NCBI RefSeq assembly: GCF_001949145.1
Contig: NW_019091358.1
Location: 558,961-622,960 of the forward strand
Origin: Acanthaster planci
Lineage: Eukaryota
Reading direction: 5' to 3'
DNA length: 64,000 nucleotides
Shown here piece by piece: positions 13,301 to 24,448 of this stretch. Both the position numbers and the translations under genes were made by a program. Numbering within the stretch: position 1 is the first letter of the stretch; each line of letters starts with the position of its first letter. The notes beneath the pieces are model-generated. The model did no database searches. It had not been told where the DNA came from and saw only the letters and a list, made by a program, of their open reading frames with translations.

Positions 13301-16259
13301 GGGTTAAGGAAAGCCACTGAAACAGGTTTTGTACTTGAAGCTGACAAGTCAATCTATCAACTTGCAACTGTTAACTATCAGTATTGCTTGATTTCTGGGA
13401 CCAGGCAAATCATAGTGTTAGAACTAGAACCTCATAATAGGAGTGGGAAAAAATCTGAAGAATTCAAGAGGCTTTGGAGTTTAGAATTTGCTCTTTGTAA
13501 TAGGATTTTATCACAAGAGTATTCTTCTTATCAAAAGTCTGTAATCCCCATAAATCAGGTAGAACCCATGTTTGGTGTTTGAATTCCTCTTCAGTCAGTT
13601 TTCTTTGTCAGAGCTAAAAATTGATAAAACTCTAAACTGTCTGTCTTGTACATGTATTCAGACCTGTTCATTCTTTTCCTTTTGCTTGCTGACATCATCG
13701 TGTATTGATGCGTGGTGTGTCATGCTCACATTGGTTCAACTGTGATGCAGTGCCTGTAATGTGCATGTACATAGGTATTATGACAGTGACAGGGATCGCT
13801 TGAATACGGAAGCAGCATTATTAAAAAACAGGAACTGAAATTGGAGAAGTACCAGGAGAATCAGATCTCAAATCCAAAACACACACACTGACAGAAAAGG
13901 GACCAGTTACATCGACCCATTGCTGACCTGGTGGAGTAAAGGATATTGGTATGGAAGACAGGACAGCACATTCAAATGCCCTGCCACTCTTATATCTTTG
14001 CTTTGGTTTGCTTTGCTTTAATTATTTTCACACTCATGGCCAAAGGCCATATTACAGTACAAATTTAAAATACAATACATTACTTTAACGAAAAGTTACT
14101 GAAATGTTAAAAAGAAACAGTTACAGTCAATTTAAATTGCACTTTAAAGTTACTGAACATTAGCAATGACAAAGCCCCCTGTGAAGCCCCCATCAAGTAG
14201 TTTGTGATTTTCCAGATTCCTAGACAGTAACAGTACCCAGCCTGTTTTGTACAAAAGATAGGGGAGGGAAAGAAACTGTTAAACATGTGCACCTTGGCTA
14301 AATGGTGGGCATGCAAAGCAGAGTCTGAATCAAACATGGTGGTAGAGGCGATGTCACAGCCAGACGTCGCCACGGCAACTGAACATTCGGCACCGAACAT
14401 TTTCTTGATTGTCTTCCACATTTTTACCTTCACAGAAATTGCTCTTTAATAAATTAACTCAATTTCTGTTGGCAAAGGCAGGCATCCTACTGGGTGAAAG
14501 AATCCATGTACATGTACATGTTGCCTTCAGTCTTTTCGGAAGTTTAAGAATTCAGCTTTTGTTTGCTGCACAAAGTTTTTCACTGCACGCCACATGCTTT
14601 CAAGCGCTACCATTTTTTCCTTTATTACCCTTCTTTTTGGTGATTTTTGTGTTTTTGTTGTATGCTGTGAATGTAATCCTCGCATTTCTTACCTGCATTT
14701 CTGCTCGTAACATTGAAAACCTGTTAAACTTTTTTTACTGCAGTCACTTAAAGTCCTGAAGAATTCCGACCTGAGGCCGTACTTCATCTTCGTTTGCCCA
14801 CCGTCCCTGGATCGACTCAGGCAGCAGAGAACCGAAGTTGGAGATCTCTTGAAGGTTGGTCCAGGATCATGTTAGACAAGCGATGTGGGTGGGGTTGGGG
14901 GGTTGGGGATGGGCACAGGTGGAGAAGGTTGTGGGGAAGGAATGGAAGTTGGTGAATGCAGATGAGCATAGGCTGTTGCAGAACTCCCAACCTTGCCGTA
15001 CTCCTTCCTGGGGTCAAGCATTACCACACAATAGAAGAAAAGGTATTTAAATGAGCCTTAGTTTATTTAAATATTTAATTTATTGTGTGGTAATGCCTGA
15101 CCTCAAGAAGGAGTATGGCATGTTGTATGGCAGGTCTGACTTTGACAAAAGCTAGCCCCCTAAATATATTCACTGAAGCAGCCACATTTTAAGCTTCAGG
15201 AATGTTGGTTTTCATCTTCATTCGGGCAATTTGTTTTCCCCAAAGTTTTTTTTAATGTACATGGCAACTGTAGTTGCCATGCCTTGTTAAAGGTCCCTAG
15301 TACTCCAGAAAAAGGCAGCATTTTTGTGGTAAACTGATACTTTTTCAACTGTAGTTCAGTTGTGTTTGATCCCTCAGCCTTGTGGATTCGGCATGAAAAT
15401 GGAAGCATTTCCTTGCACTTTGCAGTATGCAGTACCATGTCAAGATAGTGGTGAAGATAAAACTTGCTTTGAGGGCAGTTGTGCGTCTTGTACCTATGCT
15501 CTTCCTTTCCCTCCATAATCACTCCATCATTTGTGTGTTTAGTCAGTCACCAGTCAGAGAGCAAGGGTGAATTCCTCTTTGTTGAGGAAACCAACCGAAT
15601 GATATCCTGATGCAGTCCAGGGAAGTGGATGGCTGTTTCCTTTGCTAAGGACAACTGGAACTCACCTGTCATAGACCCTGCCTCATCTCTTTTTACCATG
15701 CCGTGTGTCCGTGTATTTTTTGGTGACCTGTCAAAATCTTGATTGACTGCAACCAGCATTGATACTCATCATGATGTAGTATGAGCCATGTGTCCAAAAT
15801 GGAGTAAAATGTTTATCTTCATTCACGTTTCACAATGGTCTAGCCTTGGCCCAGTCATGCCTGTAAGTAGGTGTAAGTTGGGGTTATTTCTGTCGTGGCA
15901 TAATGCTGGCACTTCCCCTATCAGTGGAAAAAAATATACTGCCAGATTATACACTTTGAGACACATCCAACAGATCTCCGAATCTCAAAAATAGCAAAGG
16001 GAAGGGGGCATGCTGTAAAGACCGCTAAATTGATCGAATGCAGAAGTTGTCATGTTGCTGTTGTACATTCATTCTTCAGGAGGAGGAATTACGGGAAATC
16101 ATCGAGACCGGTCGCGCCATGGAGGACACCTACGGCCACTACTTTGACTACGTCATCATCCACTACGACCACGAAAGGGCCTACTCGGAATTGGTGGAGG
16201 AGATTAACAGAATACAGCTGGAGCCACAGTGGGTTCCTCTCTCCTGGCTAGAAAGCTAG
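4197..16259 (+). CDS. MPP5: MAGUK p55 subfamily member 5 / PALS1 / stardust orthologue, 3' part (end of L27C, PDZ, SH3, HOOK, GUK). Coding exons 4197-4343, 6141-6302, 6977-7060, 7708-7907, 8285-8403, 9051-9215, 9846-10048, 14744-14854, 16080-16259. N-terminal exons lie upstream of the window.
   Basis: All nine exons have AG/GT boundaries and join in frame (phases 0,0,0,2,1,1,0,0). The product has PALS1-type segments: [65 protein letters not shown]. Confidence 0.95.
6141..6302 (+). CDS. MPP5: PALS1 exon: PDZ domain
   Basis: ttgtcag|GGA...ATG|gtaagg; [39 protein letters not shown]. Confidence 0.95.
6977..7060 (+). CDS. MPP5: PALS1 exon: PDZ end and linker (frame absent from ORF track)
   Basis: tgacag|AGC...CTT|gtaagt; [28 protein letters not shown], matching the GTLTF motif that closes the PALS1 PDZ. 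Confidence 0.9.
7708..7907 (+). CDS. MPP5: PALS1 exon: SH3 domain
   Basis: ctcacag|ATT...CA|gtgagt; [14 protein letters not shown]...[11 protein letters not shown]...[12 protein letters not shown]. Confidence 0.96.
8285..8403 (+). CDS. MPP5: PALS1 exon: basic HOOK region
   Basis: ggacag|A CGA...AAC G|gtgagc; REAMKQT...[14 protein letters not shown]. Confidence 0.92.
9051..9215 (+). CDS. MPP5: PALS1 exon: start of GUK domain
   Basis: ctgcag|AC...CCC C|gtaagt; [12 protein letters not shown]...[21 protein letters not shown]. Confidence 0.95.
9846..10048 (+). CDS. MPP5: PALS1 exon: GUK domain
   Basis: ccacag|AC...CAG|gtgagt; [18 protein letters not shown]...[15 protein letters not shown]. Confidence 0.95.
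11003..11566 (+). mobile_element. piggyBac-like MITE family A, copy 1
   Basis: ttaa|CCACTTGCTGCCGGG ... CCCGGCAGCAAGTGG|ttaa; full-length similarity to 30695-31240. Confidence 0.85.
13253..13303. mobile_element. Minimal 51-bp TTAA-flanked hairpin element
   Basis: ttaa|CCCTAACCCTCCTCAATCCT...AGGACTGAGGAGTGTTAGGG|ttaa; a related end lies at about 42835-42861. Confidence 0.65.
14744..14854 (+). CDS. MPP5: PALS1 exon: GUK domain (frame absent from ORF track)
   Basis: ttttactgcag|TCA...AAG|gttggt; [26 protein letters not shown]. Confidence 0.92.
14994..15120. repeat. 40-bp inverted repeat with an AT-rich spacer (MITE-like hairpin)
   Basis: 14994-15033 matches the reverse complement of 15081-15120 with about 4 mismatches. 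Confidence 0.8.
16080..16259 (+). CDS. MPP5: PALS1 terminal coding exon
   Basis: ttcttcag|GAG...[12 protein letters not shown]...YGHYFD...[12 protein letters not shown]. Confidence 0.95.
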   Translation, partial: EEELREIIETGRAMEDTYGHYFDYVIIHYDHERAYSELVEEINRIQLEPQWVPLSWLES

Positions 16260-19200
16260 AAAGGGGCCATGCCACCCAGGGACAGTTTTTCTCCCATCGT
16301 ATGGCCAAAGCCTTGGGAGTTGCCTAAAGGGATCAAGTGCCTGTGACGATAAACATTTCAGTACAGAAACCTGTTGATTTGCTGTGGGCTTCACTGTGTG
16401 CAACTACGGCAACAAGAATGCAGCTTGGGGTCCCTTTTGTGTCATTTTTCCCATCGAAGCGGTTTTACATGCTTTGGACTCAAGGGACTTCTGGCCAAAA
16501 GCACGCTCTGATCATGTCCCATTATATGCACATCCGGCCAGAAAACGATCACAAACCACTTCACATATGCCAAGCAAGTGATTGCCTTCTTCTGGGTAAG
16601 GCTGTGTCCGACTTGCTTGGCTGCAGCTGGCAATAATGCACAAGTTTACAGGGAATGGCTGTGCTAGCTTATGGCGTCCATAGGTACATGTATAATTTCA
16701 AGCCATAGCCAAGTAAATTTGAGAAGAGATCAGTCTTACAGCACCCTCAACTGTTTTATGCTCATAGTCAATCATTCAGATGCAATCTTTCATATACAGC
16801 AGGCACAGGACTCTGGGGGTGCAATTTATACTCCACCACAACCCCTCCCAAAATTTTTTTCGTCGGCCTCACTCTGGTAAGGTCAGGAAACTTCATGGAC
16901 CTTCCAGTGTACATGTATTTCTTCGACGAGGATTCCGTCTTCTGATGGGAGTGAAAAGAGGGTGGGCTTCAACGTGGGTGAGATTTTAAGACAGCTTCAA
17001 AGTGGCTGCCATGGCTTCAAGTGTTACCATGGCAACAAGCATTTCAACAAAATAAATCATCCTCTCCTTATGCAGAGTTTAAATCAATTGTATGACATGA
17101 AACTTGTGACTTCACCTCTGATCAAGGGTAAATTGTGAGGTGCTGCTTAACGGTTTGCAGAAAAGTGCTGAAGTACGTACAGTGTATATAGCAGAAAAAT
17201 ATGTGCTAAGCGTCGCTGGATTTGAAGACCAAGATATACTAGTTCCTTGACAGGCATGGCATTTCCCTGGTTACTTCACTACTTAAGGAATATTGCATAC
17301 TGTATATGATCACAGATGCCAAAAAATGAAGGTACTCTTTGCTATTAAGCTCGCTGTGAAAAAAAGCAGAAAGTGTTGGCTTCACACGAACATTGATGCT
17401 TCAAAAAGATCTTTACCATGACATTCAAAATTGTTTTTGGAACAAAAGCGTGCTGGCTCATTTCTGCCACTGCAATGGTTTTTTTGTCTTTGAATGAGGA
17501 CTTTGTCTTGTCATCAATGTCAAGAGTAAATGCTTTCTTCTCTCTGCTGCTCTGGGAAATTTATGACCATAGCAAGCTCTATGAGTTGACAATTCAATTG
17601 TGGACCCCACCATTTCTAATAAAAAATATTTTCCTGCAGGTTCTCAGAAATCACTAGGCGTGAAATTACCTGCTAGATTTGAATAAAGGTCACTGCATAA
17701 TGCATTTTTTGAAATTATGAAGTAAAGACCATTGCTCGTAATACCGGTACAGAGGCAAAACTCCAAGATCAACTACATCATTACTTTATAAGCAGCATTA
17801 AATTTCCAACTGAATATGCAATTACGGTTAGAACGGTGGTATTGGAAATGATTCCACTGCTATTAGTCAGTCTATCAGTGTGTATTTGAATTTCCTGATC
17901 AGTCCTGTCTGATCATCAATCAAGTTATGAAATATCATTGGGCAGAGCCGGCATGGAGCTTTCAAATGGTGTGAATCGCAGCTGCTCTTGAAATATTGAA
18001 GGATGCAGCAGATTTAAAGAAAAGAGAAAGAAGAGTCATAGGTGATGACTCCGGACTTGATTTTTTAACGTGCGTGGAGGTCATAAAGACCCAGCCCTCA
18101 ACAAACAAGTAGGGGGTCAATCCTTGGTCTCAAAAGTGACCCTTACCACGATCTTTGTGGTGCAATCGGTGAAGAATGTGGTGGTAGGTCTCTTTACAAA
18201 GTTCGTATTCGACAGATAATCTGTTGAGAGATGTGTAAAGACAAAACACCACATTTCTGCCTGTATTCCCTCCCCCCACCTGGCTGTGGCCAATGGGATT
18301 GTGTCCGATGCATTTTGATATTCACCGGTGACATTCAGCGTACTGCAATCCCTCCCCAGTTTTCTTGAGCTGTAATCAGGCCATAAAATGAGGATGGTGT
18401 CATCAAGGTACCTGCAGGCCTGATAGAAGAGCACATTGTCCAAAGCATCTGTGGAGCTGAGCTGGTTAAAAAGCCCATCAGTTTGAGAAGATAGCTTTGC
18501 TCTTGGCAAGTGATGCAAGCGGTGCTCAACATAATTGAAGTTTGCTGTAACTGAAAGCGTCAAAAAGTTCAGAAATATGCCAATGTTGTCTTCCATGATA
18601 GTCTGTGCTGCTAACTGATGGTATACTGGTCAGTTTTCCATTTCATTATATCTCCCTCAATGCCATTTCCAAAATGAGTTTGGGGTTGGAGCAAATTTCT
18701 TTACATTTCTTGAATCCTCACTCAAAGCTGGCCTACAACATGGAGACAAAATCTCCAGGAGAAGAAATTTTGAGACTAAGTTTCAGTAAACAGATATTTA
18801 AAAATGGTACTAATAATGTATCAGGAATCAAATCAGTCTTGTACAGACATCTACGTATATATCACTTCAGCTGTACATGTTATCAGAATTCATTTGTAGC
18901 TATTGCTAAGTTATTATATATCTCCAGTAGACTGTTTGCCGTCTTCAACATGTACATGTATATCTGGTTTTGGCATTTATCTTTTTTTGTTCTTTTTTTG
19001 GTTATGATTTGTTGTCAGTTGTAATTTAATTTGATAGACAGTAACAGTTAATTTGTACATAAAGTACCATTCATAACTGGTTCAGTGACAATGAACATAA
19101 ATTATTGCAACTCAATGTTTGCTTTAGTTGTAGAAAGTATAACCGGAACATTATTACAAAGCATAAATTTGAAGTATGTTTTCACTTTGTTCATTTGTAA

Positions 19201-22200
19201 AAGACATTTGTTTAGGAACTCACTTATCCATGCCTTATAAGACTGTAACAGATAACCCACCACACTGTTCAGATTTGAACTAACTTCTTGTGCTCATTCT
19301 AAAAACAACACATTTTCTTCGGAACGCATCTTTCGGGAAACCAACTCAAAGAAAACTGATCGTGCTTTGGCCAATAAACCTGTGATCGTTTTGGTCAATC
19401 TCCCTCAAGAAGTTGAATGAGATAAAACAGACATTTTCAACAGAAATGTATATACATATACGTATTTGCCAAAAATATTCAGTAATGTCAAGTTGACCAT
19501 GAAATTTTAATACCACCATGTTTGTTGTAAATGTAGGCTTTGTAATGTCTTCCAGTGCCTTACACAGTTTAACTACCAAAAGTTAACAAGATTACAAAAC
19601 GAAAAAGAGAGAAAAAAAATTCACATAGTTTAATATGCATGTGCATGCCCACATTGTTGCACTATGGTTTTGCAGTTATATACTTATGTACGTTGTACAT
19701 TACTGCCAGTCACTACTAATCTTATATAGGAAGCCCCTGAGGTTCAGAGTGTAGCAAAGCACTTTCATCCTCATCTTGTATGAAGTTTGACCAGTTTATT
19801 GTGTTTCCATTATGGTTGCTGCTGTGCTCATACAACTGCTCAATGTCATCTAAAATCCAGTGAACAATATGGTTGTTGCTTTTAAGTACTGTGTGTGTTT
19901 TAAGCCATCTGTTTTTCCCTCAACTGTGAAAAGGGAAAGCAGATAGAAAAAGGATCTCTTTGCTAAAACCAAAAGAGAACAGCATAAGTGCCTTACCAAA
20001 GTATTGCTATCTCCTGGTTCTGCTGTCTTCAAATGCCCTGATGGGATCATGTGTCATTTTGGAGCTGTTCATAATTCTGACTTGGATAATGGATTTCCCT
20101 GGGACCAGAATAGATTATGACTCAACTCTCAAATTGGTCCCGATGGGAATCTATCCTCCAAATGGAACAGAATGAAGCTATTATGATTTCCTGAAGTGAC
20201 AAAACATGTCTAATTTGGTAATGATGGCATTGAATCCACAGGACTGCAAGTGTTTCCACTTGAGCTGCAGTGTACATGCTTAATGCATCGCTCCCGCAAG
20301 GGAGTCATCTAGCCACTTTGATCTAGCTGTTGGGTGAAGAAGACTTCCTGTAACTTGTGCAGAAATCGGCAGTGTGGGCTGAAAGAGGGGCTGGGCTGGG
20401 TCAAAATATCACAAGTCGAAACTTTCCACTGGCTGTCCTGTTGCCGCATTGCACATGTGCATGCAAATGAACCTGGCCAGCATAATAACAGCGGTGCAGT
20501 TCCTGGAAATGGACCTGATATTCATGGAAAGTGGGCATCGGTTCCAGCAGTATGCTAGGCATTTTGAGCAGCTTGGAAGTTCCCCTTCTGCTGCCCAAAT
20601 GCAGTCCTGTGGATGACGGATATAGGTCAACATGATACATGTATCATTCCTAAAGCGGAAAATGTGGTAGTGTGCAACGTACTGACAAATTTGTGAGGCA
20701 TGTCATTAAAAACCTACATATACGAAGCCAGACACATACTGCATGATTTGCTTTTTTCTCAATGCAGAAAGTTGGCATACCTACTAAATACAAGTACTGC
20801 AACTCAAGTGGACTTAAAAAGAGGTTTTTTTTATTAAAATACATGTATTTATCTTACAAAGAAATAATAAATAGAACATGTTTTGACATGGCATGTTCTT
20901 TTTTTGTATTCAAGTGTTTGTTGTTTGAAATGATCCCAGTTGGTTAATCATTTCACCATGCTTGATGGTAATTGAAATTTGATTGAGTGTTATTTATCCA
21001 GGTTGACAATGAACAGAATTGGCTAAAATTCTATTTCTACCAAATTTATGACACCAGTACATGTACTCCCAGAATTGAAGGGGCCTATTCCTCCTTATGA
21101 ATTTTTTTTGGAATATTCAGGTTTGTTTGGTGTACCTTGGCTGATCTACATGTATGTGTAATTAATTTTTTAATGAACAGTATTCAGCTTAATTTTTTTA
21201 TGCTATTCAAAGATTAAAAAAATATTTCACAAGTATGGGGCTTGAATCAGAAAATCTGCATATATATTTGTAAATAAAGTTTTTTCTTGGAAGATTCGTA
21301 TTGTATTTTAAAGAAGAATTTATTCACATTTCATAAAGTTGTATTTCAAAGATGATCTGAGATTTCAGAACTGAGGATAAAATGGAGGCCGAAATGTGTT
21401 TGGAAAAAGACTATTTGAAGGATTGACAAAGATTTGACCAATGATAAATCAGCATTGGGACATGTTGTATTATGTAGTTGAGGGGCCATTCACATTAGTG
21501 TTTAGCTGTAAGATGTTTGTATAGACTGAGACTAATTTTGGTTTTCTGATATCTCAATTTTTATACCAATAAAATCAGTGCAGGCATTCTTTGAAAATGT
21601 TGCTTATGTGTTTGTCTTGTCAGCTTGTCGGGGGGGACTAGTGTTTCAGTTGAGTCCCTCACAAGTCCTTGACAAGTTCTTTCACAAGATCAGTCACAGG
21701 TAGCAGCGCGAACAATAGGAGGAATGATTATGTTAAAGTTCATTGATTAGCTTGTAACTTGTGACAGAAATTTATAAGGACTGGTGATGGGCATGACTAT
21801 ATCATAGCTGGGGACAGGCAGAAGTCAACAAAGTGACCCCGCCAAAAAAAGAACCGATCCCCAGTAATGGCTCATCACATAATGTACATAGGCACTAGGA
21901 GGAGTATGGAAGCTTGGCTTGACGGCTGAGCATGCTCTTTTTGTCCAGCCTGTTACCGTGCTGAGGGGACAATATCTGTTGCTGAGAAATAAGAGACCAA
22001 GTTGTTTAGACAAAATTTGTCCCAATTAGGTTTTTTGTAACTACAGCTTGTGTGTTTCAGCAATCCCTACAACCACACAGAGGTGCAGCAAGTCCGTGTT
22101 TGCCAGTCCAAGTCAAGTCACAAGTCATTTGGTCCAATCACAAGTCAAGTCACAAGTTATTTAGTTAAGTCAAAACTGATAGTTAAAAGTTACAGGTTGG

Positions 22201-23859
22201 TGTATGCATCAACAGGTAGAAAAGTGTGATTTCTCCGTTATCTTTCCAGCCTTTTATATCAAGGGTGTGCCTCCCAAGATGGAAAAGTCTTTAAATGGGC
22301 AAAATACACAACTGTGTGACTGGCCTCTAATGCAGTGCGAGGGAAAGCATTTTGGGAACAGCACTCAACACTAGCAGACTGAAGTACAGGTACCAACTGT
22401 GGAAAAAAGGCCTGGATCCACAACCCCTTTTTTTGGGGGGGGGAGGGAGGTGTGCAAAATGTTCTATGGGGCCACAAAGTGTAGAAATTTCTTGATGGAA
22501 GCCTCTTGTGGCCATTCTGAGAGGTGAGGCTAAATATAAATATTCACATGCTTTTTGAAGGAAGTGAACTGAAATCCCCTTCCCCAAATCACTGTTTTTT
22601 TCAAAAACAAACATTTTCTGGGGAGGAAGGGGGCTGCCACTCTTGACAAGCCACTGCTTTTAGGCTCACCGAAGGTAACGGTAACTCATCACTCGTGGAC
22701 ATCTGCCTTTGTCCAATTTGAAAGTGTTCTAGTTACCATAATTTAGTATAGATGAAAGCATATTCAATAAACTATGTCATGCCCATGCCTGTGGAAAGAG
22801 AACAATGTATCTCAAATAACTGCCTGGCAAAGACCGGTTGCACAATCACTCATCCTCAGCGACAAAAGACGAGACAAAACGAAGATCACTGGCTGTACTC
22901 CCTCCTCCTCATTCTCCACTTTATTGTCCACCATTCCCCCCAGATTTAAATAACCACCGACTGACTCCATATTTACATGAAAGGAAGGAGACACAGCCTG
23001 CATAACCAACATGTAGTTTGGGCATTCTTCAAGCAAGCATGTTCACTCCTAAAAAGACATTATTTTCTTAAAAAATAATCATTTGAATTCTTTTTTTTTT
23101 TTTGAAAAATAGTCGAGTAAATTACATTGCTACATTAAAACACAATGTCATTCTCAGCTGAAACATTAGGAATACAGGATCAGTTACTTCCACAGAATTG
23201 TTGCCTAAGTACACTGACAAAAATCACATAAAATTATTCAAAAATTCAAGTATTTTTTGCACAAACAAATCCATTTCTTGCCTACTGCAAAAGAACTTCT
23301 TTTAATAGAACATAAAGAAAGCAAAAAGTAACATCTGTGTCGATATGTTACATACAAAAGTGCAGTACCACACTGGTGGGATGGTTCGAACTTCCTTTTA
23401 GTAAAAAAAAATTTCTGGACTATTTGCATTTAAATTTTGGATTTTAAGTGCTTTCAGAATTGAATGTGGGATACATGTACATTCACTTGAAAACCTGATG
23501 AACATAAAGACCAGTGAAACTTGGAAAAACGATTGGAAGCAGATATAAATTTACTTCATCCTGAAACCTGCACTATTTTGTTATTCAGCTATAAACTTCA
23601 TTTCCTTTACTTGTCAAGACGGACTCAGCTTACAAAGTGGCAGCTGAGTGCATCACCAAGTCACATGACAAAATAACAGGAACATAAACAATGACAAAGG
23701 AAGGCTTCTATGAGACAGGTCCTTTGACAAACTTGTTATTTAGAGTTAATAGACTGTAAATGACTTACGATGGACTTCACAGAGTCTTGACTACATCTAG
23801 GGCTATAGTTGAGAGCAACACAAGCCCCTGCAAGTCCATCACAGGTCACTGTATATTAA

Positions 23860-24448
23860 CCACTTCCTGCTAGGGACTCCGGAATCGGAGACGTATGGTT
23901 TATATGCATGGCCGGGGTCTCCGAACTCGGACAAAGGAAACACGGCCCTGTAACAAAAGACCAGGCTGTTGGGCATTACCGACATTTTTCGCTCTCAAAA
24001 GTGGTGATAATCCAGCCCTGTTTTGAAATCGTATACCAGGGTTTGGGGCATTGAGAGTGAGCGGATTAACACCGGGGACAAAAGCGCTCCACCACCACAG
24101 CGATGAGCCACATAGCACCGCTGCACGCTAATCTGGCCCCTATTGAAAAGAGGTCAGCAGTACACTGAGCCAGGTTCGTGAACAAAAGAAAGTTATANNN
24201 NNNNNNNNNNNNNNNNNNNNNNNNNNNNNNNNNNNNNNNNNNNNNNNNNNNNNNNNNNNNNNNNNNNNNNNNNNNNNNNNNNNNNNNNNNNNNNNNNNNN
24301 NNNNNNNNNNGTGCCTAAAGATTACTTCCTGCGGCTATGAACAACCGTTAAATGAAATGATGAATTTTTGAAGGATTTTGAAAACGGGAAATGATAATCA
24401 TGCCGGCCCAGCATCATCAATATTGAAAAATGTCCCGGCATGAAGTGG
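23860..24448 (-). mobile_element. piggyBac-like MITE family A, diverged inverted copy spanning an assembly gap
   Basis: ttaa|CCACTTCCTGC ... GCATGAAGTGG|ttaa; internal segments (gggacaaaagcgctcc, gctaatctggcccctattgaaaa) are reverse complements of copies 1 and 2. Confidence 0.75.
24198..24310. other. Assembly gap (run of N)
   Basis: 113 consecutive N. Confidence 0.99.

Noticed and set aside
18117..19024. 159-aa minus-strand and 139-aa plus-strand ORFs behind the PALS1 stop
   Set aside because: No recognisable motif or splice partners; lengths are compatible with chance in UTR-like DNA.
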